A DNA stretch of 64,000 bases from Candidatus Hydrogenedentota bacterium (GTDB lineage Bacteria; Hydrogenedentota; Hydrogenedentia; Hydrogenedentales; SLHB01): positions 42,753 through 106,752 of the forward strand of contig BTVY01000022.1 of NCBI GenBank assembly GCA_045863335.1, written 5' to 3'. The notes beneath the pieces are model-generated. The model saw nothing but the letters and a program-made list of their open reading frames with translations. It ran no database searches and was not told the origin of the DNA. The position numbers were made by a program, and so were the translations under genes. The number at the start of each line of letters is the position of its first letter. Position 1 is the first letter of the stretch. Of this stretch, positions 21,120 through 30,012 are shown one piece after another.

Positions 21120-21641
21120 TTGTCAGAACCCATCCCGCAAGAGTCCGCTATTCAACGCCTGGGCAGGCGAGTGCGCTACATCATCGTGCTCCTGAGTTCG
21201 GGGTTGCTCGTGATGACCCTTTCCTACCACGCCAGCCTGTGGCGCCTTCGCGGTGAGACGCCGCCGTCGCGCGCCGCGCAAGAAGGCGTTTCGAGCGATG
21301 AATCACTTGAAGCGTTGTCGCAACAGATGATCGCGTTGATGCGCGAGTATCTGGAACGGGCCTCGAACGAAGGCTCGCCCCCGAGCCAAGGCTTCCATGA
21401 TTGGTCCCTTGATGGTTTCGCGCCGCGCGTCAGCGACCTGAGACGCCGCATTCAGGCCGCGTCTTCGGAGGGGGAGGCGTGGAACGCCATGCTTGTGGCG
21501 TCCGACCGGATGGTGGCCATGGCGCGTCAACCCGGCCAGGCCAGCCTGCGGCAATTGGCGACCGACAATGTGTTTGACGCGGCGGCCGCGGTCGAGAACC
21601 GGCTTGGCGCGACCCGCAGCATCGGTCGAGATGGCTCATGA
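21120..21641 (+). CDS. Hypothetical membrane-anchored protein
   Basis: Single N-terminal TM (YIIVLLSSGLLVMTL) followed by a helical domain. TTG start. Confidence 0.65.
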   Translation: MSEPIPQESAIQRLGRRVRYIIVLLSSGLLVMTLSYHASLWRLRGETPPSRAAQEGVSSDESLEALSQQMIALMREYLERASNEGSPPSQGFHDWSLDGFAPRVSDLRRRIQAASSEGEAWNAMLVASDRMVAMARQPGQASLRQLATDNVFDAAAAVENRLGATRSIGRDGS

Positions 21642-21788
21642 CAAGCCCGTCATTGCGGCTCGCTTGGCGAATGGCCCGGCGTTACCGTACACTCATGGTA
21701 TTGAGTGCGGCTGTCGGGTCGATTTTCAGGGATTCCAACTACTTGTGATGTTTGGCAAAACGGGCTGTATTTATGGTGAGACCGGAAC

Positions 21789-22430
21789 GTGGCAACGAAA
21801 CCTCAAGGTCAGCGTAACCCGTTACCGGGTATGGACTACCGTTTGAGTACCGAATCTCAAACGGATGAGGAACTGATGTGCCTGCTCTGCGACGGCACGG
21901 CGGATGCCCTCGGCACGCTGGTCCATCGGTACCAGAATGACATTTTCAGATTCTGTCTCCACTACGTGCGGGATGTGGAACGGGCCCGGGAAATGGCCCA
22001 GGAAACCTTCATTCGCGTGTATGTGGCGCGGGCGCGGTTCGATGCGAGCCGCAAGTTTCGGCCCTGGGTGTTGTGCATCGCGCGCAACCTCTGTTTGAAC
22101 GAATTGAAGCGCAAGAAGGCGGTTCCCATGGAATCGCTCGAAGAATACGCGAGTTCGGCCCGCGAAGATACCGGTGAGGTATTGCAGTCGCCGTCCGATG
22201 GCCCCGACGGGCTGTTGATGACGGCGGAACGATACGAACTGCTGGCGGAAGCCTTGGCTTCGCTGGATGAAGAATCGAGGGAGATTGTCACGCTCCGTTT
22301 CTTCGAACGGATGCAGGCACGGGACATCGCCGAGATTGTCGGCAGCACCGAGGGCGCGGTGCGGACTCGGTTGCACCGAATCCTGAAGTCGTTGCGGGAC
22401 GTGTATCAATCGGCAAAGGACGACTTGTGA
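21789..22430 (+). CDS. ECF (RpoE-type) RNA polymerase sigma factor
   Basis: DEELM, LVHRYQ, QETFIRVY, FRPWVLCIARNLCLN and region 4 IAEIVGSTEGAVRTRLHR. Start uncertain. Confidence 0.92.
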   Translation: MATKPQGQRNPLPGMDYRLSTESQTDEELMCLLCDGTADALGTLVHRYQNDIFRFCLHYVRDVERAREMAQETFIRVYVARARFDASRKFRPWVLCIARNLCLNELKRKKAVPMESLEEYASSAREDTGEVLQSPSDGPDGLLMTAERYELLAEALASLDEESREIVTLRFFERMQARDIAEIVGSTEGAVRTRLHRILKSLRDVYQSAKDDL

Positions 22431-24010
22431 ACACTGGGGAATTGGAAAGAATCCAGGATGAGTTAATCGCTCTCCTGGAGGGCGAGTTGAGCCCTGAAGA
22501 CACGATGCGCGTGGAAGCGCGGATCGCGTCGTCAGAGGCCTATCGCCGGGAGCTTTCCTGGCTCAGGGCCGCCCACGCGGACCTCGATGCCATGGGCCGC
22601 GCCTTCGCATCGCAGTCCCCCCAAGTGGACCTCGTTCAGACGGTGATGAGCACCATCTCGGAAGCCGGCCGGCCCAAGCTCGTTTCCATCGACGCGGAGC
22701 GCGCGCGACGCCGCGAACGCGGCCGCACCTGGCTTGGCGTGGCCGCCGCGGCCGCCGTTATTCTCGGCGCCGTCGGATACCTGATCTACGCCGCCATGCC
22801 CCCGGCCCCTGTCGACGGGCCTGGTTCCAAAGAACAACTTGCAGGCCCCGGAAGCGATACCCCCGTCGTACCCGGCGCACCGGATTACGAATCTCTTGAG
22901 GAATCCGACACCGAACTTGCGCGCCAACGCAAGGAGTTTCTGGAGAAACGGCAGAAATTGAACGACGACGTAGAGTTGGCTTTGTCCGGCGGCACGATTG
23001 AAGAAACCGAACGGCCAGTACTCGATGCTCCAAGCATGGACGAGATTCTTACCGCGCGCCGGGATGCGTCGGATGACCGGCGGGGAATTTCCCGCCTGGT
23101 GCAATGGGCATCGCTCAAACGTGAGCAAGCCCTCGAACTCGCGCAAGATCCCGATTCGTCTCCCCAAGTTATTGTGGGTGCAGCCGAGTCGTTGACGGCC
23201 CAGGAGGCCGCGCAGGTCTTGCTCACGGTCGTCGGGCAGAACCCGGAGGACCCCTACGCACGGTTGGAACTCGCCCAGGCGTACGATGAAGCTGAAGAGC
23301 CGGGTACCGAAGCGGAAGCGATGGGACAATTGCCGACGCTCTATACCCTGGACCCGGATAACGCATTGCCCTACTACCTCGAAGCCAAGCTTCGGCTCGA
23401 GCAGAATGACCTCGCGGGAGCGCTTGAAGCGCTACGCATCGCGCAGAGCCTCCCCAAGGCCAGCGCCTACTCCCTGGAGTCGGCCTTGGCGAGGGCGGAA
23501 GCGCTTATCGCAAGCGGGCTTCCGGCCGATGAAGCCAAGCTGGTTTCCGCCCTGACCGCGGGGATGGATCAGTACAATTTCCTTTGCGATCTCGGAAAGA
23601 ATCTGCTAGAATACGGCCAAGACTATATGGCGGTAGGGGATTACGACACCGCCGAAGACATCTTTGAGGCCGTGCAGCGGTTGGGCCAGCAGGCGGAGGA
23701 AGGGGCATCTTTCTCTCAAGAGCAGTTAGCCGGTCTAGACATGCAAGCAGCCGCAATCGATGTGTTGGAAGAGCTTTACACGGCAATTGAATCGACTGAG
23801 GGAATCGATCAGCTTGCAACGCAGACGCGCGACCTCGTCGCCAGTATCGACCAGCTGAGCGGGTTCTTCGACGCGCTGGATCAACTGTTCTTCAGCGAGG
23901 AAAGCTCCGATTTCTTCAACATGATTTCCGGGTGGATTCTGGAGTCCGGAGACCTCGCGCTCTTCGACTACCTCGAGGAGATGGGGATCTCCCTCACCGG
24001 CGCCCAGTAG
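22427..24010 (+). CDS. Membrane-anchored anti-sigma factor with acidic TPR-like extracytoplasmic domain
   Basis: Overlaps the sigma stop (GTGA). N-terminal anti-sigma-like helix pair (LIALLEGELSPED..RVE..I) without HxxxCxxC, one TM, and TPR-like segments (LDPDNALPYYLEA). Confidence 0.75.
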   Translation: MNTGELERIQDELIALLEGELSPEDTMRVEARIASSEAYRRELSWLRAAHADLDAMGRAFASQSPQVDLVQTVMSTISEAGRPKLVSIDAERARRRERGRTWLGVAAAAAVILGAVGYLIYAAMPPAPVDGPGSKEQLAGPGSDTPVVPGAPDYESLEESDTELARQRKEFLEKRQKLNDDVELALSGGTIEETERPVLDAPSMDEILTARRDASDDRRGISRLVQWASLKREQALELAQDPDSSPQVIVGAAESLTAQEAAQVLLTVVGQNPEDPYARLELAQAYDEAEEPGTEAEAMGQLPTLYTLDPDNALPYYLEAKLRLEQNDLAGALEALRIAQSLPKASAYSLESALARAEALIASGLPADEAKLVSALTAGMDQYNFLCDLGKNLLEYGQDYMAVGDYDTAEDIFEAVQRLGQQAEEGASFSQEQLAGLDMQAAAIDVLEELYTAIESTEGIDQLATQTRDLVASIDQLSGFFDALDQLFFSEESSDFFNMISGWILESGDLALFDYLEEMGISLTGAQ

Positions 24011-24049
24011 GCAGATACTGCGTTCGCCGAACTCTCCACCCACAAGGGG

Positions 24050-24078
24050 TTGCTTATTGCGATCAATTCGTTCACAAT
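24050..24078 (+). promoter_or_regulatory. Possible sigma70-type promoter of the small-peptide array
   Basis: TTGCTT (24050-24055), 17 nt, CACAAT (24073-24078). Confidence 0.4.
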
Positions 24079-24174
24079 AAGGGGTACAGACAAGCTTATT
24101 GTTTGGACCAAGCGGATTGGGAAATGGTTTCCAACCAATAACAAGACGGAAGGAGAAGGGAGGTGAATCGCCAT

Positions 24175-24327
24175 ATGAAGCATGTGAAGGTGCTGTCGAC
24201 CGAAAAGCCCGTGTGCGCCGAACAAGTCGCGTGGGTGGAGTTCAAGAACATTTTTGGGCCGCTCAAGTTGCGTCCTGAGCAACAGAATTGGCTCGTCGCA
24301 TTGATTGACAACTGGCTGCAGAGCTAG
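24175..24327 (+). CDS. Small protein P1 (50 aa) of the MKH...PxxA leader family
   Basis: MKHVKVLSTEKPVCAEQVAWVEFKNIFGPLKLRPEQQNWLVALIDNWLQS*. Strong RBS GGAGGTG. Absent from the ORF track (<60 aa). Confidence 0.8.
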   Translation: MKHVKVLSTEKPVCAEQVAWVEFKNIFGPLKLRPEQQNWLVALIDNWLQS

Positions 24328-24504
24328 TCATTCGACCAGTGAGACATCCCGTGAGGGTACATGCGGAAGGAGAGATGGAGAGGATAGCTCCTGTATCTAT
24401 CCATTCCAACGCTTCCGCGAACGAAGCTCCTGTTCACAACGGATTGGAACGTTACAACCCATAGCTCTGTGCAATGGGAGTGTTTCGCGAAAGGGTAAAC
24501 GACA

Positions 24505-24663
24505 ATGAAACACGTTCGTAAGATATCGAAGAATGCGCCGGTGACCGCTTGGTGGTTCGGCTGGTTCGGTAAGGGCGGTGAGCTGAAGGGTGGTACCGCT
24601 AAGGTTGACTACATCAATCAGCTTTGGTTCACCAACGGCTCCTTGGATCCCCGAGACGTATAA
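24505..24663 (+). CDS. Small protein P2 (52 aa) of the MKH...PxxA leader family
   Basis: MKHVRKISKNAPVTAWWFGWFGKGGELKGGTAKVDYINQLWFTNGSLDPRDV*. RBS AAAGGGT. Absent from the ORF track. Confidence 0.8.
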   Translation: MKHVRKISKNAPVTAWWFGWFGKGGELKGGTAKVDYINQLWFTNGSLDPRDV

Positions 24664-24794
24664 GCGCCCCTCCACACGTGTCCGCTCGCCGCGGACGCAA
24701 CGGTCAGCGTGACACCGTTCCGCTGACGCGCGAACGAAGGGGTACGAAACTGCGTTTTAACTGGGGACACAAACCTTAAGGAGGTTTAAGGATC

Positions 24795-25004
24795 ATGAAG
24801 CACATCGGTCGCGTTTCGAAGGCGCTTCCGGCCACCGCATATGAGGTGCCGAGAAACTATTTCGACATTATGAGCTGGACCGACATCGTCGTCGTCATCG
24901 GCCTTACCATGGAGAAGTGGTGGGGTTGGCTGTTCGGCGGTTACCTGCTGCCCGAAGGGCTGCTGGGCGACCGGAACGGCAACGGCGTCATCGACGGCCA
25001 GTAA
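24795..25004 (+). CDS. Small protein P3 (69 aa) of the MKH...PxxA leader family
   Basis: MKHIGRVSKALPATAYEVPRNYFDIMSWTDIVVVIGLTMEKWWGWLFGGYLLPEGLLGDRNGNGVIDGQ*. RBS AAGGAGG. Confidence 0.85.
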   Translation: MKHIGRVSKALPATAYEVPRNYFDIMSWTDIVVVIGLTMEKWWGWLFGGYLLPEGLLGDRNGNGVIDGQ

Positions 25005-25063
25005 GATCTCGAATTCAACGTGGTGGTTGTGCGCAACCCGCGCACGCCCCCGTCAGAAGTGGT

Positions 25064-25102
25064 GGCGGACCACAGCGATATGCTGCGGTCCGTCGTTTTT
25101 TT
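25064..25102 (+). terminator. Intrinsic terminator after the peptide array
   Basis: ggcggaccacagc-gatat-gctgcggtccgtc followed by gttttttt. Confidence 0.75.
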
Positions 25103-25246
25103 ACCGGGCTATTCTTTCGCCAAACACTACGCCCTCGCGCTAGAAGCCCCATCGTGCCACTCTACCGTCTTGTTGCCTGCGCTGTCTCTATTGTCCCCGT
25201 CGGCCCAACGCCGGCTTTGTCTCCTTCGGAGCCATCCCAACTCGGA

Positions 25247-27337
25247 TCAGCGGCGGCTCTTCCCACGCTTCGCGTTCCGTTTCCCCGCTTCTGCCTTCAC
25301 GTTCCCGTTCGGAGCCACGCGCAATTCCACGATGTCCCGTGCGGCGCGCACGTGGCGATTCACGAGGTGTTCCGGGATCTCCAGCGCGAAGCGGCTGGTC
25401 GTTGTCATGCGCTCCCGCCCATGCCGCACGCGCGACATGGCTTCAAACAGCGTCACGTGACGTTGCCCGCGCGTGAGCGCCACATAGAATAGTCTTCGTT
25501 CCTCTTCGATGGATATCTCGTCCATGCTCTTGTCATGGGGGAGCAAACCTTCCTCCACGCCCATGATAAACACGAATGGAAACTCCAGCCCCTTCGAGCT
25601 GTGGATCGTCATGAGCGACACGGCATCCTTCCGCCGTTCCCGGCTTCCACGCCCCTTGAAGTCGGACGTGTCCAGCGAACTCGTATCCAGAAACCCGCTC
25701 AAGGTAGGTTTCGGCGTCGAGCGCTCGTAGTCCGCCATGGCGCCTACCACCGCCTCGATGTTGCCCCAACGCATGTTCGCCTGGTCCGCGGATTTGCTCG
25801 TGCGCACCAGCTCCGCCCGGTACCCGATGGCATCCAGCAATTGCAGCAACGTCGCGGCCAACTGCCCCTCGCATTCGCGGAAGCGCCGCCGGAACTCCGT
25901 AAGGATCGCGAGGAAACTCCGAATGCCCTGCTCGGCCTGCGGCGCCACCTTGCCCCGCGCGAGCGCCTGCGCTAAACCCTTGCCCAGGCTCAGCGATTCC
26001 GCGCGGCACAGGTCGTGCACTTCGTGCAGTGTCACATCGCCGATGCCCCGGCGCGGGACGTTTACGATCCGGAGAAACGCGGTCTCGTCCCAAGGGTTCG
26101 CGATGGTGCGCAGGTACGCCACCACATCCCGCACCTCGCTGCGCTCGAAGAAGTCCTGCCCGCCGTACACTTCATACGGAATACTCGCCTGGCGCAGGGC
26201 GATCTCCAGCGGACGCGATTGCAGGTTCGACCGGTAGAGCAGCGCAAAATCCCCGAAATCCGCGTTCGACTTCTGCAGGATGTGTTGTAGCCAATGAACC
26301 ATCTCCTTGGCTTCGTGTTCGTCGTCGCCCGTCACGATCCAGTCGATGCATCGGCCGGCGCCGAGGTCGCTCCAGAGCGTCTTCACCCGCCGGAACCGGT
26401 TGTTCAGAATCACGCTGTTGGCGGCCTGAAGAATGGTGGTAGTCGAGCGGTAGTTCTGCTCCAGCCGCACCACCGCCGCCTCGTGATATTCACGCTCAAA
26501 ATCGAGAATGTTCTCGATACCCGCGCCCCGCCACGCGTAGATGGATTGATCGTCGTCGCCCACGACGCAGAGGTTCCGGTGCGCGGCCACGAGCGCGGAC
26601 AACAGCTCGTACTGCGTCCGGTTCGTGTCCTGATACTCGTCGACCATGATATACCGGTACTGCTTCTGATAGCGCGCGAGTACCCGGGGATGTTCCCGCC
26701 ACAAGCGTAAGGTAAGCAACAGCAGGTCGTCGAAGTCCATCGTATTCGCGGCCCGCAACGCGGATTGGTACCGGTCATAAAAGTCCGGGAGCCACTTGCC
26801 GTACTTGGCGTCCGTGCTCTGGCCGTTTGCGCCGTCCTTCTTGGCCGAATCGTCTGCCTGGAGATTCGTCTTGCCGCTCTTAACGAGGCTGATCCGTTCC
26901 AACACAATGGCGGGACTGAAACTCTCCTTTACATCAGCGACATCATCCAACATGCGGCGCACGATCGCGCGGGTGTCCGCTTCGCCCGACACGGTGAAAT
27001 TGCGCCGGTATCCCACGTGCTCGCATTCCGCTCGCAACACGCGCAGGCAAAACGAATGGAACGTCGACAGCAGGATGCGCTCCGCAACCTTCCGGCCCAC
27101 CAGTTCCGCGATCCGCGACCGCATTTCTTCGGCGGCCTTGTTGGTAAACGTGAGCGCCAGGATCTCTTCCGGCGCGGCGATACCTTCCGCCACCAGATAC
27201 GCGATGCGCCGCGTGATGACCCGCGTTTTGCCGCTTCCCGCGCCCGCGAGCACCAATACGGGCCCCTCGGTCCGGCGTACGGCTTCCGCCTGCTGCGGGT
27301 TCAGACCATCAAACAATTTTCGACTGCTTACCAACAA
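25247..27337 (-). CDS. UvrD/Rep/PcrA-family ATP-dependent DNA helicase
   Basis: LNPQQ, LAGAGSGKT, TFHSF, VDEYQDTN, VVGDDDQSIYAWRGA, LEQNYRS, TIHSSKGLEF and EERRLFYVALTR motifs. Confidence 0.95.
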   Translation of the reverse strand: MLVSSRKLFDGLNPQQAEAVRRTEGPVLVLAGAGSGKTRVITRRIAYLVAEGIAAPEEILALTFTNKAAEEMRSRIAELVGRKVAERILLSTFHSFCLRVLRAECEHVGYRRNFTVSGEADTRAIVRRMLDDVADVKESFSPAIVLERISLVKSGKTNLQADDSAKKDGANGQSTDAKYGKWLPDFYDRYQSALRAANTMDFDDLLLLTLRLWREHPRVLARYQKQYRYIMVDEYQDTNRTQYELLSALVAAHRNLCVVGDDDQSIYAWRGAGIENILDFEREYHEAAVVRLEQNYRSTTTILQAANSVILNNRFRRVKTLWSDLGAGRCIDWIVTGDDEHEAKEMVHWLQHILQKSNADFGDFALLYRSNLQSRPLEIALRQASIPYEVYGGQDFFERSEVRDVVAYLRTIANPWDETAFLRIVNVPRRGIGDVTLHEVHDLCRAESLSLGKGLAQALARGKVAPQAEQGIRSFLAILTEFRRRFRECEGQLAATLLQLLDAIGYRAELVRTSKSADQANMRWGNIEAVVGAMADYERSTPKPTLSGFLDTSSLDTSDFKGRGSRERRKDAVSLMTIHSSKGLEFPFVFIMGVEEGLLPHDKSMDEISIEEERRLFYVALTRGQRHVTLFEAMSRVRHGRERMTTTSRFALEIPEHLVNRHVRAARDIVELRVAPNGNVKAEAGKRNAKRGKSRR

Positions 27338-27418
27338 TGCACCTTCTCAGGGAGTTTGAATGAGTTCGCAAGGGCGGGGATTGTAACAACTGAATGGACC
27401 GAGGTCCACCACTCCGCG

Positions 27419-28864
27419 TCAGGATTGGGATTCGCTGGCCACCGGACCACGATTGCGCCACAAGTAATAGAACGGAATGCCGGAAAACACCAGCACCAGC
27501 CCGATCCCGGCGTTGCGCGGGGCCTGGTAGATCGTCACGCACACGAGCACGAGACAGAACAGCACAAACACCGCCGGAACGACCGGGTATCCAGTCACGC
27601 GGTACGGGCGTGGCTCGTCCTTCATCTTCCGGCGCAACACGAACACACCAAATGCGCCGGCACCGTAAAAAATAAACGACGCGAAGATCACCATGTCCGT
27701 CAACTGATCGAAAGTGCCGCTCATCACCAGCAGCGACGCCCACACCGCCTGGATGATCAACGAGACGGAAGGGGTCTTGTGCACCGGATGACACGTCGCT
27801 GCCGCCTTGAAGAACAGGTGATCGCGCGCCATGGCGAAATAGACTCGGGAGTGGGGCATGAGCTGACAGTTGGTCGCCCCGAAGGTGGACAGCAGAATGA
27901 GGATCGCGATCAATTGCGCGCCGCGATCGCCCATGACGTTTCGCATGACCTCCACGGCGACGATGCTGTTCTTCGTTTCCACCAGAGCCGCCATCTCGTC
28001 CACCGGCATGACGTAGAGATAGGCCGCATTGACGATCATATAGACGCCGATGACGCCGAGCGTGCCGATGCCGAGGGCGAGGGGAATGTTCCGTTTGGCG
28101 TTGCGGACCTCCGCGCCCAGGGACGTGATGTTGTTCCACCCGTCGTAGGCCCAGAAGGCGCCCAGGAACGCGGCAAACATGGCTCCGAAAAGCCCTAGCG
28201 AGGAGCCGTACTCGGCCTGCGGATTCTCGAGAACCGGTTGCAGATGGGCCGCCGATCCGTTGCTCAACACCAATCCGAGCAGGATGATCAGCGCGATCCC
28301 GGCCAGCTTCAGCACCGTGGTCATACTCGCGATGACGCCTCCAAACACGACACCAAAATAGTTCGCCGTAGTCAGCGCCGTGATGGTAAAAATCGTGAAG
28401 ACCTTTACGCCAAGGTTGTCGAGGGGGTAGAAAAGTCCAAAGATGGACCATGCCTCCAATTCCGGCGACAGACGCGGAAAAGCAATCAACGCGTTGGCCG
28501 ATTCACCAAAGACATACGCGATGGAACTGATCGACGCGGTCTGAATGACCGTGAAGGACGACCACCCGAACAGAAAGGCAAACCCGCGGCCGTACATGCG
28601 CTTGAAGTACTGATACTGGCCGCCGGGCTCGGCGATCATCCCCGCGATCTCGGCATTCGTCAATGCGCCGAATAACGTCATGATGCCCGCGATAAGCCAA
28701 CATGCGAGCAGCAACCCCGGCGACTGCAACTCCGCCGCCATAGGCGCGGACTTCTTGAAGATGCCCGATCCGATCATGTTGCCCATAATGATCATGCAGG
28801 CGGTAAACAACCCCAGCTTGGCAATCAAGCCGCTGGGATGGACATCTGCGGGCCGATGCTGCAT
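27419..28864 (-). CDS. APC-superfamily amino acid permease
   Basis: MIGSGIF, WAYDGWN, EVRNAKRNIP, RVYFAMARD and RPYRVTGYP motifs; about 12 TMs. Confidence 0.92.
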   Translation of the reverse strand: MQHRPADVHPSGLIAKLGLFTACMIIMGNMIGSGIFKKSAPMAAELQSPGLLLACWLIAGIMTLFGALTNAEIAGMIAEPGGQYQYFKRMYGRGFAFLFGWSSFTVIQTASISSIAYVFGESANALIAFPRLSPELEAWSIFGLFYPLDNLGVKVFTIFTITALTTANYFGVVFGGVIASMTTVLKLAGIALIILLGLVLSNGSAAHLQPVLENPQAEYGSSLGLFGAMFAAFLGAFWAYDGWNNITSLGAEVRNAKRNIPLALGIGTLGVIGVYMIVNAAYLYVMPVDEMAALVETKNSIVAVEVMRNVMGDRGAQLIAILILLSTFGATNCQLMPHSRVYFAMARDHLFFKAAATCHPVHKTPSVSLIIQAVWASLLVMSGTFDQLTDMVIFASFIFYGAGAFGVFVLRRKMKDEPRPYRVTGYPVVPAVFVLFCLVLVCVTIYQAPRNAGIGLVLVFSGIPFYYLWRNRGPVASESQS

Positions 28865-28868
28865 CGAG

Positions 28869-29795
28869 CTAAACGCGCCGGAGTTTCGTCACGCGGCCGT
28901 CGTTCACCCATTCCACGACGTAGATGTTGCCGGCCCGGTCCCAGATCGCGCCGTGGGGCGAGATGAATTTGCCCGGGATGCGTTGGTCATGCGGCAAATT
29001 GGGATAACCTTCCGTCTTCTCCACGCCGGGGTTGTCGCCGAGGTGGGTGATGAGCGTATTGTTCTTATCGAAAACCGTCACGCGACCGTACAGATCCGGG
29101 ATCAGTAAATCGTCGCCCCGCAGATCGAAGTGGCAGGGAAACCGCAATTCTTCCGTGACGAAACCGAGGTGATTCCCCTCCAAATCGAAATACTGGAGCC
29201 GGACGTTTGCGCGGTCCGCAACGACGAGGACGGGTGTATCGCCACGCGTGTCCACAAAAATCCCGTGGGGACACTTCATCTCTCCCGGCGCCTCGCCTTT
29301 CCCGCCCCAGGTGCGGATGTATTCCGCCTTGGCGTTGTATTGGTGAATGTAACTGAGCCCGTACCCATCCGCCACATAGAAGTCGCCGTTCGGCGCGATG
29401 GCTATGTTGGTGGGCACGAACTGCTCCGGCTTTTCGTAGACCCCGGAGTCCATGGGGCAACCGAGTTCCCAAACCCGTTCGCCGTACAGCGTCGTCTTCA
29501 CGCAACGGTTCTGGCTTGTCAGCGCGAGGTACAGGTACTCTTCGCCGTCTTCCTCGTTCAGTTGCAGCCCGTGCGCGCCGCTGGCGTATTCCTCGCCCCA
29601 GGACGTAACAAAGGTCCCGTCGGCGTCAAACACCACCATGGCATGTTCGCTCTGATTGTGAATGTAGATGCGGCCCTCGCGGTCCTCGCAGACCCCGTGG
29701 GTGTAGCCGTACTGAACGTGCGACGGCGGCGTTCCCCACCCCTCCACCAGTTCATAGGTGTGTTCACCGCTTCCTAGTTTCACCGAAGCCATCAT
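28869..29795 (-). CDS. NHL-repeat beta-propeller (peptidyl-alpha-hydroxyglycine lyase-like)
   Basis: HGVCED, GAHGL, PTNIAIAPNGDFYVADGYG, CPHGIFVD, VADRAN.RLQYF and SPHG..WD..GNIYVVEW motifs. Confidence 0.8.
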   Translation of the reverse strand: MMASVKLGSGEHTYELVEGWGTPPSHVQYGYTHGVCEDREGRIYIHNQSEHAMVVFDADGTFVTSWGEEYASGAHGLQLNEEDGEEYLYLALTSQNRCVKTTLYGERVWELGCPMDSGVYEKPEQFVPTNIAIAPNGDFYVADGYGLSYIHQYNAKAEYIRTWGGKGEAPGEMKCPHGIFVDTRGDTPVLVVADRANVRLQYFDLEGNHLGFVTEELRFPCHFDLRGDDLLIPDLYGRVTVFDKNNTLITHLGDNPGVEKTEGYPNLPHDQRIPGKFISPHGAIWDRAGNIYVVEWVNDGRVTKLRRV

Positions 29796-29823
29796 GCAAC
29801 CCTTTCCCGGTCAAAGCCATTCA

Positions 29824-30012
29824 TCAATACGGCGGCAGGATTGCCTCCAAGGCATCCAGCAGAATGCTCGCCGTCTGGGTGTACGTGGCCAGTAGCGTCA
29901 CGCCGAAGTTTTGTGTCCACGCCACCGTATTCTGCGCGGCGATACCGAAGACCTGATTCAGGGTAGCGAGGAACTCACCAAGGTTTGTCAACAGGATTTC
30001 TTGCAGCGACAT
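29824..30012 (-). CDS. Small amphipathic/hydrophobic protein (62 aa)
   Basis: MSLQEILLTNLGEFLATLNQVFGIAAQNTVAWTQNFGVTLLATYTQTASILLDALEAILPPY*. Strong RBS AAGGAGG. Confidence 0.7.
   Translation of the reverse strand: MSLQEILLTNLGEFLATLNQVFGIAAQNTVAWTQNFGVTLLATYTQTASILLDALEAILPPY

Noticed and set aside
24029-24053. GAACT-n15-GTTG as an ECF-type promoter for the peptide array
   Set aside because: The match is short and no matching motif could be confirmed upstream of the sigma gene itself, so it is too weak to call.
28869-29795. NHL/PAL-like protein as the maturation (amidation) enzyme for the MKH-leader peptides
   Set aside because: None of P1-P4 ends in Gly, no monooxygenase partner is present, and such NHL proteins are common stand-alone genes. 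No link can be supported.
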